A stretch of DNA of 64,000 bases from Pelagimonas sp. (GCA_025210345.1 JAOARX010000013.1:143135-207134), one strand, 5' to 3'; numbered from the stretch's first letter, positions 20,286-29,682 are shown. Notes: a model not told the origin generated them from the letters alone. A program made the numbers and translations.

Positions 20286-21093
20286 CGGCAATATTGACTG
20301 GCCTGTCCTGATGCGGGCCGGGATGCGCGGGCTGGGCCTTAAACCCTGGGAGTTCTGGGATCTTACACCGGCTGAGCTGCAGATCCTGCTGGGACACTCT
20401 GGGGGGCTATCATCCGCCATCAAGCGCGACCATGTACAAAACGGGACGCGTTTGATCGAAATATGGGAGCCCATTCGCGCCCAGGTTCAACCAGGAGATA
20501 CGGTCCGCCTGCTTGCCGGGTGCGACAAGCGTTTTGAAACCTGTCGGCTGAAATTCCTGAACGGTGCGAATTTTCAGGGCTTTCCGGATCTTCCCGATGA
20601 GGATTGGGTCAGTGTGGCGCCGGGGCTGTCATCGAACTACCTCGGGCGGGAGCCGCAGATGACACCGATTGTCACCTCCGCAAGAGGATGGATAGGCACG
20701 CCCTATCTGCATCAGTGTTCGCGCAAGGGGGCCGGGTGTGATTGCCTTGGGCTATTGCGTGGCGTCTGGCGTGAGGTGATCGGACCAGAGCCCGAGGTGG
20801 TCCCTGCCTACAGTCGGGACTGGTCGGAAACAGGTCCTGATGAGCTGCTCTGGGCGCGGTTATCCGACTATCTGATCCCCAAGCCCATCGACGACACCGA
20901 AACGGGTGATGTGGTGTTGTTTCGCATGCGGTCGGGGGCAGTGGCCAAACATATCGGCATTCAGACCCAAGTGGGGTCTGAGCCTGCCTTCGTGCACGCC
21001 TATTTTCGGCATGGTGTTTGCGAAACTTCGTTCAATCGCGCCTGGGCCCGCCGCACGGTGGCCCGGTTTGCCTTTCCACAGGAGATTTTCTGA
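20272..21093 (+). CDS. Chimeric ORF: g10.1-like N-terminus (~42 aa), then the C-terminal ~50 aa of the DUF2163/BR0599 hub protein (g13), then the complete NlpC/P60 phage cell-wall peptidase (g14); tape measure and distal-tail genes absent
   Basis: Residues 1-42 (MATRDGNIDWPVLMRAGMRGLGLKPWEFWDLTPAELQILLG) look like a g10.1/rcc01693-family protein. Residues ~60-110 (LLAGCDKRFETCRLKFLNGANFQGFPDLPDEDW) are the conserved extreme C-terminus of BR0599/DUF2163. From MTPIVTSARGWIGTPYLHQCSRKGAGCDCLGL onward (internal ATG at 20668) is an NlpC/P60 peptidase with Cys and His catalytic residues. There are no stops between the three parts. Confidence 0.65.
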   Translation: MATRDGNIDWPVLMRAGMRGLGLKPWEFWDLTPAELQILLGHSGGLSSAIKRDHVQNGTRLIEIWEPIRAQVQPGDTVRLLAGCDKRFETCRLKFLNGANFQGFPDLPDEDWVSVAPGLSSNYLGREPQMTPIVTSARGWIGTPYLHQCSRKGAGCDCLGLLRGVWREVIGPEPEVVPAYSRDWSETGPDELLWARLSDYLIPKPIDDTETGDVVLFRMRSGAVAKHIGIQTQVGSEPAFVHAYFRHGVCETSFNRAWARRTVARFAFPQEIF

Positions 21094-22150
21094 TGGCGAC
21101 AATCCTTCTTTCAGCCGCAGGCGCGGCACTTGGCAATACCGTGGGCGGTACAGCGCTGGGCATGTCCATGGGGACAGTTGGCCGTTTCCTGAGGTGTCCC
21201 TGAGTGCGTTTGCGCCCGCGGTGCCGGTGGTGTCGACCTTTATGGATTTGCCTTTGATGACCGGCAGCGAAGACCCGATCGCGCCGCATGTGGCGGTCTC
21301 TTCCGATCCGTGGCCCGGGAGTGTCGCCGTTTATGATGCGGCGCAAGACGACGGGTATGGGCTGAACTCCGTGCTCTATGAGCGGGCCGTCATCGGCGTC
21401 ACCGAGACAGATCTGAGCGCGGCGCAGGTAGGCCTGATGGATCGCGGCGCGCCGCTTGAGGTCAACCTGTCGTCCGGGACCCTTGAGTCGGTCAGCGAAG
21501 AGCAGCTGCTGGCAGGGGCGAACCTGATGGCCATCGGAGATGGGAGCCCCGGAAACTGGGAATTGTTCCAGTTTCAACAGGCCACATTGCTTGACGGCAA
21601 TCGCTGGCAGCTTTCACAGCGGCTGCGCGGTCAGGCCGGGACCGATGGCGCTATGCCTGCGGTTTGGCCGGCCGGGTCCAAGGTGGTGCTGATGAATGGC
21701 GCGCCCCAGCAGATTGATTTGACCTCTGCCAACCGGCGCGTTGCACGCCACTATCGCATCGGACCGGGGGATCGCCCCTACAGTGACCCAACCTATTCGC
21801 ATGCGATACATGCTTTTGATGGGAACGGGTTGCGCCCCTATCGTCCCGCGCATGTCCGCCTGGTGGATGTCGGTGGCGATCTACAAGTCAGCTGGATACG
21901 TCGAACACGCTTGGACGGGGACAGTTGGGAGTTGTATGAAGTCCCCCTGTCCGAAGACAGCGAGAGCTATCTTGTCCGTGTGAAAAATGGGGCGCAGGTG
22001 CTGCGAGAAGAGCAGGTTTCCTCGCCGAACTGGACCTATGTTGCGGCAGATCAGGCCGCCGACGGCTATGGTTTGGGATGCACTGTGGAAGTGGCTCAAA
22101 TCTCGGCGCAATATGGCCCGGGGCTCTTCGCTGAGGCAGAGGTGTTCTGA
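21093..22150 (+). pseudogene. Remnant of GTA host-specificity/tail-fibre protein g15: 36-codon N-terminus, frame break near 21185-21200, then ~315 C-terminal codons in another frame
   Basis: ATGA overlap with the preceding ORF. The Gly-rich N-terminus MATILLSAAGAALGNTVGGTALG is typical of g15 and hits TGA at 21201. A different frame continues to 22150. Full-length homologues are ~1300 aa, so only ~1.06 kb survives here. Confidence 0.6.
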
Positions 22151-22278
22151 GCTTAACCGGGTGTTGAATTCCGGGTGTTAAATTCTAGGTGCGCACGGAT
22201 GAGTTTCCGGGCGCACCCTATTGTGATTTCCTCTCGTGTGACTATTTGCTAAGCTCCATCCAGCCAAGGAGGAAGTCG

Positions 22279-23088
22279 ATGGCACAGGAACGCGCAAAAC
22301 TGGCCCAGATTGACCCGGTTTGGGCCCGCATCAAGGCCGAGGCCGAAGATGCTGTGAAAACAGAACCTCTGTTGGGGGGGATGGTGCACTATTCCATTTT
22401 GCACCACCCTTCGCTTGAGCGGGCGCTGAGCTATCGGATCTCGTTGAAACTTGCGAATGGCGAAATGTCGGAACAGATCCTGCGCGAGATTTGCGACGAA
22501 GCCTATGGTGCCGATCCCGAGCTGGCGGTCGCCGCTCGCGCCGATATTGTGGCCACCCACGACCGTGATCCCGCCTGCCATCGTTTTCTCCAGCCGTTGC
22601 TGTTTTTCAAAGGGTTTCAGGCGGTTCAGGCGCATCGCATTGGACATTGGCTCTGGTTGCAGGGGCGCAAAGACTTGGCGAGCTTTTTTCAAATGCGCTC
22701 ATCCGAGATGTTCGGGATCGATATTCACCCTGCGGCACGTGTCGGGCGCGGCATCATGATTGACCACGCGCATTCCATTGTTATTGGTGAAACTGCGGTT
22801 GTCGGCGACAATGTATCGATGCTGCATTCTGTGACCTTGGGTGGAACCGGCAAAGAGGATGAAGACCGCCACCCCAAGATCGGTGATGGCGTGTTGATTG
22901 GTGCTGGCGCCAAGGTGTTGGGCAACATTCGTGTTGGAAAATGCTCACGCATTGCAGCTGGATCGGTTGTCCTGAAAGAGGTGCCGCCCTGTTCCACGGT
23001 CGCCGGTGTTCCGGCGCGCATCGTTGGGGAAGCTGGCTGTGACCAACCCTCAGTGGAAATGGATCAGTTGCTGGGTTCATCGAAATAG
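22279..23088 (+). CDS. cysE: Serine O-acetyltransferase
   Basis: AGGAGG RBS. Hexapeptide-repeat C-terminus (GIDIHPAARVGRGIMIDHA...GAKVLGNIRVG). Conserved downstream neighbour of Rhodobacterales GTA clusters. Confidence 0.9.
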   Translation: MAQERAKLAQIDPVWARIKAEAEDAVKTEPLLGGMVHYSILHHPSLERALSYRISLKLANGEMSEQILREICDEAYGADPELAVAARADIVATHDRDPACHRFLQPLLFFKGFQAVQAHRIGHWLWLQGRKDLASFFQMRSSEMFGIDIHPAARVGRGIMIDHAHSIVIGETAVVGDNVSMLHSVTLGGTGKEDEDRHPKIGDGVLIGAGAKVLGNIRVGKCSRIAAGSVVLKEVPPCSTVAGVPARIVGEAGCDQPSVEMDQLLGSSK

Positions 23089-23117
23089 CACGGGCGTTCC
23101 GCACCGGTATTGGGGGC

Positions 23118-24866
23118 TCAGGCGGCGCGGGAGCTGTCATCCAAGACAGATTTTTCAGATGTTTCATTAACGGTGAAAACCTCTAGCAAGGCGCTCATGC
23201 GTGAGAGCTTGCTTGTCATGTCGATCGTCGATTGGTTGGCTTTCTCGGTCACCTGCGCATTTGTTTCTGCGTCGCGATCAAGGGCGGAAATTGAACTGTT
23301 GGTTTGGGAAATCAAATCGGATTGCAGATCTGCATCCTGCGCGATTCTGTTGATCTGATCAGAAACCGTGTCGACCTGTGTGACAATTTCACCAAGTCGG
23401 GCCCCCGCGCTGCGCACATGAGTTGCGCCGCTTTGGACACTTTCTTCTGACGCCGCAATCAGTTGGCGGCTCTCTTGGGCGGCAGCTGCGGCGCTGTTTG
23501 CCAGGCCTCTCACTTCCGTTGCGACCACGGCAAACCCTTTGCCAGCCGGTCCCGCGCGCGCGGCTTCCACCCCCGCATTCAAAGCGAGCAGGCTGGTTTG
23601 AAAGGCGATGTCATCGATCAGCTCTAGGACCTGTATGATCTGTGATGAGCGCTCTTCCAATTCATCGATGGCCTCGATGGCCTGCCGCATGGTTGGCAGG
23701 CTCTCGCTTGCATGGGACTTGGCGCTGGCCGCGGCGGTGTCGGCGGCCTTGGTGCGTTGCCCCGTAGACAGCAGCGTATCGGTCATCTTGGTCACAGAGG
23801 CTGAGGTTTGCTGCAGGCGTGCAGATGTCTGTCGGCTGGCTTGTGATATATCGGCAACCACGCGCGCAAGCACTCCAGACGTGTTCTGAATGGTGCGCCC
23901 AAAGCTGTTCAACTCAATAAAGGCGTGTTCGATCTGCTCGACAGCGGCGTTGAAATCGCGGCGCAGCACGTCATATTTTTCCGAAAACGGTCCTTCGATT
24001 CGCGTGGTCAGATCACAGTTCTGCAGTCGGCTCAGCGCGTCGCGCAGCTCAGTGATCGCTTTGTTTTGCGCAAGCTGGTCCTCCTTCGTGACAAGACGCT
24101 CTTGTGCCGCTGTTGTCAGATTTTGTCTGAGCACTTCGAGCCTCGCACAAAATGCCCCGATCTGGTCGCTGCGATGCTGCATCGGGATCGGCGCGTCGTA
24201 GTCTTCTGCCTGCAACCTCTCCAGCGCCGCTTCCAGTTGCTGCACAACACGTCCAAAGCTGCGGCTCAGCAAAAGCGACATCAACGCGATCACGCTGAGA
24301 AAGACCAGGGCCGCAACAGCAAGACCGATCAGTTGTTGCCTGTTGGTCGACGCCAGGGTGGATTGGGCGCTCCAGACAGAGACCAATGCGCCGACGACCT
24401 CGCCCTTTTTGTTTTGGACCGGCAAGATCAGGGTCAAACCCCCCGTTTGTGCGCGCGCCGCGCCGGTTTCAAGCACCTCCGCGATCAGCGCATCATCGGG
24501 TGCCAGGCTCGCTTCGCTGCTTTGTTCGTTGGTGATTTCCACAAGCGTGCGTCCAGAAATGTCCACCACGCGCCCACCGACAAAACTGTCTTCTGATCTC
24601 TGGGCGAACTCTTCGAGACGTTTTTGGATGCTGCCCGAAAACCCCAGTTTGATCGGCTGAGACAGCGATGCGGCGGTGGTTTGTGCCAATTCCCGATGCA
24701 ACCGGTTCAGTTGTTCCAGAACCACGTCGTTGATCTGACGATCAGCGTTCCACGTAAGCGTGCCCGCCACAAGCAGCGTCCCCGCCGCAAAGAGCACCAT
24801 AAGCTTGGATTCGATCCCGTGGATCATACGAAGAACAGCAGTTTGAATTCGGGTTTTGAAAATCAT
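23118..24866 (-). CDS. Methyl-accepting chemotaxis protein
   Basis: 582 aa. N-terminal TM, periplasmic sensor, second TM, HAMP, then MCP signalling domain with the conserved hairpin tip (QTSLLALNAGVEAARAG). Confidence 0.85.
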   Translation of the reverse strand: MIFKTRIQTAVLRMIHGIESKLMVLFAAGTLLVAGTLTWNADRQINDVVLEQLNRLHRELAQTTAASLSQPIKLGFSGSIQKRLEEFAQRSEDSFVGGRVVDISGRTLVEITNEQSSEASLAPDDALIAEVLETGAARAQTGGLTLILPVQNKKGEVVGALVSVWSAQSTLASTNRQQLIGLAVAALVFLSVIALMSLLLSRSFGRVVQQLEAALERLQAEDYDAPIPMQHRSDQIGAFCARLEVLRQNLTTAAQERLVTKEDQLAQNKAITELRDALSRLQNCDLTTRIEGPFSEKYDVLRRDFNAAVEQIEHAFIELNSFGRTIQNTSGVLARVVADISQASRQTSARLQQTSASVTKMTDTLLSTGQRTKAADTAAASAKSHASESLPTMRQAIEAIDELEERSSQIIQVLELIDDIAFQTSLLALNAGVEAARAGPAGKGFAVVATEVRGLANSAAAAAQESRQLIAASEESVQSGATHVRSAGARLGEIVTQVDTVSDQINRIAQDADLQSDLISQTNSSISALDRDAETNAQVTEKANQSTIDMTSKLSRMSALLEVFTVNETSEKSVLDDSSRAA

Positions 24867-24989
24867 GGCGTGGCCTCAATCGACACGTATGCACAATGAG
24901 TCCCCGAAAAAAACTAGCAAAGCCTTTCTCTCTGAGCCTTTGCACAGAAGAAACAAAGACAATTTGCCTAGATCTGTCCCGGATGCGGG

Positions 24990-26255
24990 TTAAATCACCA
25001 AGGCCCCGGGGGCTTCGAGCAAGCGGACCAGATGCGCCAGGAACGCCGCGCCATCCGCGCCATCCAATACACGATGATCCAGTCCCAGTGTTAGCGCCAT
25101 CATCGGGGCGGATCTTACCGAGCCGTCAGATGTGACCATGGGCTTTTGCACGATGGCGCCCACCGCCAGAACAGCACTTTGGGGGGCGGTGATAATGGCA
25201 TCAAAGCTTTCGACCCCATGTGGCCCCAGGTTTGAAAGCGTCAGGCTGCTGCGTTCTGCTTCACTTGAGATCGGTGACCCGGAGTCCACCTGCGCGCGCA
25301 GGGCACGCATCTCTTGCGAAATTTGCGTGATCGGTTTGTGGTCTACGTCTTGCACCACCGGAGACACAACGCTGTCCCGCGTGGCGATGGCGACGCCAAC
25401 ATCACATGTGCCGCGGTCAAGGATATGATCGTCGGCCCAGATGTGGCGGGCCTTGGGCACCTGCTGTAGCGTCAGACCGCAGGCCTTGAGGATGAAATCG
25501 TTGATCGTCAGGTGCTCTCCTCTTTCGGCAAGCACGCTGTTGATCTCAGATCGCAAGGCCACCAGGCGCGTGGCATCAAGGCTGCGATGCAAATAGATAT
25601 GCGGGATCTCGTTGCGCGATGTGCTCATGCGCGTGGCAATGCTGCGTCGCATCGCTGTCAGGGGGATATGCGTGGTGCCCGCCGAAGAAACCGCAGGGGC
25701 CTTCACTGCGGGGGCTGGCACCTGTGAATCAGGGGCGGGCATGGTCGGTGGTATGGGGGTGCTTTGGCCGCGTGTTTCAGTGCCCTCGATCAAATCCGCA
25801 ACCACGATACGCCCGCCGGGCCCCGATCCGGTTATCCCGGTCAGCTCCATTCCGCGTTCCCGGGCAATACGCCGTGCCGCCGGTGAGGCCATAACGCGGT
25901 GCGCGCGTTCTTCTGTGGCCGCGAAGCCCCCCGAGGGAGCCGCCGCCGTGTCGTCGCTGCTGGGCGCGCTTGGTTGCTCACGGCAAGCCAAGACATCGTC
26001 CGCCGTGGTTTCGTCCCCCGTCGCCAGCAGGGCAATGGGCGCGTCCACCTTGATCTGGGCCTCTCCTGCTGCAACCAGGATCTGGGTCACGCGGCCGGCC
26101 ATCGGGGCTTCGAAGTCCAAGGCGGCTTTGTCGGTCTCAATCTCGGCAATGACATCGCCCTGCGCCACCTGCGCGCCTTCCTGTATCAGCCACTTTCTGA
26201 GCCGCCCTTCCTCCATCGTCGGCGAGAGCGCGGGCATACGGATTTCGACCGGCAT
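24990..26255 (-). CDS. pdhC: Pyruvate dehydrogenase E2 (dihydrolipoamide acetyltransferase)
   Basis: Lipoyl domain (IETDKA), E3-binding domain, catalytic domain DHRVLDGA. Confidence 0.9.
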   Translation of the reverse strand: MPVEIRMPALSPTMEEGRLRKWLIQEGAQVAQGDVIAEIETDKAALDFEAPMAGRVTQILVAAGEAQIKVDAPIALLATGDETTADDVLACREQPSAPSSDDTAAAPSGGFAATEERAHRVMASPAARRIARERGMELTGITGSGPGGRIVVADLIEGTETRGQSTPIPPTMPAPDSQVPAPAVKAPAVSSAGTTHIPLTAMRRSIATRMSTSRNEIPHIYLHRSLDATRLVALRSEINSVLAERGEHLTINDFILKACGLTLQQVPKARHIWADDHILDRGTCDVGVAIATRDSVVSPVVQDVDHKPITQISQEMRALRAQVDSGSPISSEAERSSLTLSNLGPHGVESFDAIITAPQSAVLAVGAIVQKPMVTSDGSVRSAPMMALTLGLDHRVLDGADGAAFLAHLVRLLEAPGALVI

Positions 26256-26258
26256 GGC

Positions 26259-26498
26259 TTAGCCCTCGTCCAGCAAGAGCATCTGATCAAACGGGCGTGC
26301 GGGCGGGCGGCCCGTGCGCAGATCCTCAAGGGCTTGCCCGAGCTCCTCCTGGAGCGCCGACGCCCACTCGGTCGCGCGTGCTTCGCTGGCTTCCCCCATT
26401 TCCTGTGTCAAAAGCGCATTCGGCACAAGCGCCACGACCCGCCCCAATCCGATGCGCAGGCCTTCGCTGCTCAGTCCAAGAATCTCGATCTGTGCCAT
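26259..26498 (-). CDS. Small hypothetical protein (~79 aa) inside the pdh operon between pdhB and pdhC
   Basis: ATG at 26498 with GGAGAG RBS. Its stop lies 3 nt from the pdhC start. The six-frame ORF extends to 26564 across a tandem repeat and is probably over-called. No recognisable domain. Confidence 0.4.
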   Translation of the reverse strand: MAQIEILGLSSEGLRIGLGRVVALVPNALLTQEMGEASEARATEWASALQEELGQALEDLRTGRPPARPFDQMLLLDEG

Positions 26499-26508
26499 AT
26501 TCGGCTCT

Positions 26509-26571
26509 CCAAATAGTCGGTCCAATGACCGGGCCAAACAGACCGGGTCAAATAGTCGGTCCAAAGACCGG
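26509..26571. repeat. Tandem direct repeat, two ~24-bp copies (CAAATAGTCGGTCCAA[T/A]GACCGGG) with a 15-bp spacer
   Basis: Fills the 76-bp gap between the pdhB stop and the small ORF start. One mismatch between copies. Confidence 0.6.
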
Positions 26572-26574
26572 GGC

Positions 26575-27921
26575 TTAGGGGGTGTCGCGATAGGTTACTT
26601 GGCGTGCGGCCGCGACCACGTCGTTGGCACTGACCAAGGCCATTTTTTCCAGATTTGCGGCATAGGGCATGGGCACATCCTTGCCCGTCACATTGATCAC
26701 CGGCGCATCCAGCCAGTCAAAGGCCTCTTGCATCAGGACCGCGCTGATGTGGTTGCCGATCGACCCCATGGGGAACCCCTCTTCGATGGTCACGCAGCGA
26801 TGGGTTTTGCGGACCGAAGCGATGATCGTTTCCGTATCAAGGGGGCGCAGGGTGCGCAGGTCGATCACCTCGGCGCTGATGCCCTGTTGCGCCAGCAGGT
26901 CGGCGGCCGCCAGCGTATGATCCATGCCAATGCCAAAACTGACCAAAGTCACATCCGTGCCCGCGCGTACGATTTTGGCCTTGCCAAGCGGGATCGTGAA
27001 ATCGGGCAATGCGGGAACATCCGAGCTGTGCCCATACAGGATTTCATTTTCGAGGAAAATCACCGGGTTCGGATCGCGAATGGCGGATTTCAACAATCCT
27101 TTCGCATCGGCAGCGCTATGGGGCATCACCACTTTGAGGCCCGGAATATGCGCATACCACGCAGCGTAGTCCTGGGAATGCTGTGCTCCGACGCGTGCCG
27201 CTGCGCCATTGGGGCCGCGAAACACAATCGGACAGGACAGGCGCCCACCGGAAATGTAATGTGTCTTGGCTGCGGAATTCACGATCTGATCCATGGCCTG
27301 CATGGCAAAGTTGAACGTCATGAATTCGACCACTGGCTTGAGCCCGGCAAAGGCCGCCCCGACACCGATCCCTGCGAACCCGTGTTCCGTGATCGGCGTG
27401 TCGACCACGCGCTTGCTGCCAAATTCGTCCCACAATCCTTGCGTGATTTTGTAAACACCTTGGTACTCGGCGATTTCCTCACCCATCAAGAAAACATCGC
27501 TGTCTGCGCGCATCTCTTCGGCCAGCGCATCGCGCAGCGCTTCGCGCACGGTTTGGGTCTTGGTACGCGTGCCCTCGGGCCACTCTTGTGGTGCCGCCGG
27601 GGCAGGGGGCGTGGCAGAGGGGGCGGCTTGGGCTGGCGCGGATGCGGGCGAAACCTTGCTGGGGGGCGGCGGCGTTTCACCGGGTTCCAAAAGCAAAGCG
27701 ATCGGGGTGTTGATCTTGATGCCGGCGCTGCCCGCCGGGGTCAGGATCTGCCCCAGGATGCCATCTTCGGGGGCCTCGAACTCAAGGGTGGCCTTGTCGG
27801 TTTCGATCTCGGCGATCACGTCGCCCACACGCAGGTCATCGCCTTCGCGCACCAGCCATTTGGACAGCGTGCCTTCTTCCATCGTCGGGGAAAGGGTCGG
27901 CATAAGCAGGGGTTTGGTCAT
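26575..27921 (-). CDS. pdhB: Pyruvate dehydrogenase E1 beta subunit with N-terminal lipoyl domain
   Basis: 448 aa. [17 protein letters not shown] lipoyl domain, Ala/Pro linker, transketolase-like E1 beta. Confidence 0.9.
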   Translation of the reverse strand: MTKPLLMPTLSPTMEEGTLSKWLVREGDDLRVGDVIAEIETDKATLEFEAPEDGILGQILTPAGSAGIKINTPIALLLEPGETPPPPSKVSPASAPAQAAPSATPPAPAAPQEWPEGTRTKTQTVREALRDALAEEMRADSDVFLMGEEIAEYQGVYKITQGLWDEFGSKRVVDTPITEHGFAGIGVGAAFAGLKPVVEFMTFNFAMQAMDQIVNSAAKTHYISGGRLSCPIVFRGPNGAAARVGAQHSQDYAAWYAHIPGLKVVMPHSAADAKGLLKSAIRDPNPVIFLENEILYGHSSDVPALPDFTIPLGKAKIVRAGTDVTLVSFGIGMDHTLAAADLLAQQGISAEVIDLRTLRPLDTETIIASVRKTHRCVTIEEGFPMGSIGNHISAVLMQEAFDWLDAPVINVTGKDVPMPYAANLEKMALVSANDVVAAARQVTYRDTP

Positions 27922-27942
27922 CTGTATCGCGCTCCTGTCCTG

Positions 27943-28959
27943 TCACGCCTGCGGGGCGGGATTGGGGGCTGCATAGACATCGCGCCAAAGCGCATCTGTG
28001 GCCGGTTCGGAACAGGCCCGTGCAAAATCCGCGGCCTCGCTCACAATGGCCTTGGTTTCCTTGTCGATGGCTTTCAGATCCTCTTCGCTCAGGTGCTTGC
28101 CCGTCAACAGCAGATCGCGCACGTGATCAATCGGATCGCGCTCTTCGCGCATACGGGTCACCTCTTCTCGGGTGCGGTACTTGGCTGGGTCAGACATCGA
28201 ATGCCCGCGATAGCGGTAGGTCTTGACCTCAAGGATATAGGGCCCTTTCCCCGTCCGCGCATGTTTGGCCGCTTTCAAACCCGCTGCCCGCACCGCTTCG
28301 ACATCCATGCCGTCGACGATTTGACCGGGGATGCCAAAGCTTTGGCCACGGGTGTACAATTCCGTGGTCTTGGCGCCGCGCCGTGTCATCATTCCCAGAT
28401 CGTGCTGGTTGTTTTCTATGACAAAAACAACCGGCAGCGACCAATGCGCAGCCATGTTGAAGGTCTCGTAGACCTGCCCCTGATTGGCCGCGCCATCGCC
28501 GAAATAGGTGAAAGTCACGGCAGGTTTGCCGCGATACTTGTCGGCAAAGGCCAGGCCCGCGCCAATGGGCACCTGCGCGCCTACAATGCCATGTCCCCCG
28601 TAAAACCGCGTTTCGGGGTTGAACATATGCATCGAGCCCCCCTTGCCCCCCGAATAGCCCTCGGCGCGGCCGGTCAGCTCGGCCATGATGCGCCCGGGGT
28701 CCATGCCACAGGCCAGCATGTGACCGTGATTGCGATACGAGGTGATGCGCCTGTCGCCGTCCTGCGCACAGGATTCCAGCCCAACCACCACGGCCTCTTG
28801 GCCAATGTACAGATGGCAAAACCCCCCGATCAGACCCATGCCATACAGCTGCCCGGCCTTTTCCTCAAAGCGCCGGATCAACAGCATATCGCGATACCAC
28901 GCGGTCAGCTCATCGCCGGTTGATTGCGTGGTTTGGCGGGTGGGTTTTGGTGTGGCCAT
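27943..28959 (-). CDS. pdhA: Pyruvate dehydrogenase E1 alpha subunit
   Basis: Start MATPKPTR (ATG at 28959). TPP-binding motifs (GDGAANQG). The ORF caller extends the N-terminus to 29082. Confidence 0.9.
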   Translation of the reverse strand: MATPKPTRQTTQSTGDELTAWYRDMLLIRRFEEKAGQLYGMGLIGGFCHLYIGQEAVVVGLESCAQDGDRRITSYRNHGHMLACGMDPGRIMAELTGRAEGYSGGKGGSMHMFNPETRFYGGHGIVGAQVPIGAGLAFADKYRGKPAVTFTYFGDGAANQGQVYETFNMAAHWSLPVVFVIENNQHDLGMMTRRGAKTTELYTRGQSFGIPGQIVDGMDVEAVRAAGLKAAKHARTGKGPYILEVKTYRYRGHSMSDPAKYRTREEVTRMREERDPIDHVRDLLLTGKHLSEEDLKAIDKETKAIVSEAADFARACSEPATDALWRDVYAAPNPAPQA

Positions 28960-29138
28960 ATGGGGGCGCCCTCTGGTCAGGTCCTGCGGGTCAGGTCTTG
29001 GGTAGTTTAGTGTTAAACTTTCTCCAAACCCTATCCCGCCCCGCCCCAAGGGTAAAGGGGTGCGCAATAAAATTTCGTTCAAAAGGGTGAATATGTTCGA
29101 AAGTGACGTGACCAGTGTGTCGGCCGGGGTAATGTGGG

Positions 29139-29441
29139 CTAGTTCACCACCACTTCGTCGCTGCGGACAAGGCCTAGAACATCGCGTGCCTGCTGATCCA
29201 GAAGGTCAAGATCAAGGTACTCATCCGACAAGCGCAATGTGAGATTCTCCACGCGTGAGACCTCTTCGCGCAGGACATCCAGCTCGCGTTCAAGCGCCAA
29301 ACGCTCGACAACGATTTCAGACCGGCGAAACAGCCCGAAATCACCCTGCACCGCAGCAAAGAGGAAATAGGCCGCAAGGCTGATCGTGATGGTGAAATAG
29401 ATCAATGCCCCAAAGCCGGGGCGATGTCTGCGGGTGGTCAT
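29139..29441 (-). CDS. ftsB: Septum formation initiator (FtsB/DivIC-like)
   Basis: 100 aa. N-terminal TM plus coiled coil. Conserved position upstream of pdhA in alphaproteobacteria. Confidence 0.7.
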   Translation of the reverse strand: MTTRRHRPGFGALIYFTITISLAAYFLFAAVQGDFGLFRRSEIVVERLALERELDVLREEVSRVENLTLRLSDEYLDLDLLDQQARDVLGLVRSDEVVVN

Positions 29442-29682
29442 ATATGGGCCTCAAGGCGCATCTCTTGATGGATGCATGGGCACAGAATGCCCGATCTGAT
29501 TCCGGGTCGAAAGAGGGTGATTCGCATCACTGAAAAATGACATGAAACCGTTGCATTCCTGCACAAAGCGCCCGCTGGATGCGGTGTTTCCCAACAGGAA
29601 ATGAACACTTGATCAAAGATTGCAATGGGATCACACGCGTGCCAGTCTTGGCCGCGCAGGGCATTTGCTTACCGGGGACTCC

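Noticed and set aside
20906-21092. First 62 codons of the 414-aa ORF 20906..22150
   Set aside because: Overlaps the well-supported NlpC/P60 peptidase in another frame. Only the part after ~21200 corresponds to the g15 C-terminal segment.
26314-28923. 869-aa + strand ORF
   Set aside because: Antisense to pdhB and pdhA, which have unambiguous homology. A long open frame is expected in GC-rich antisense.
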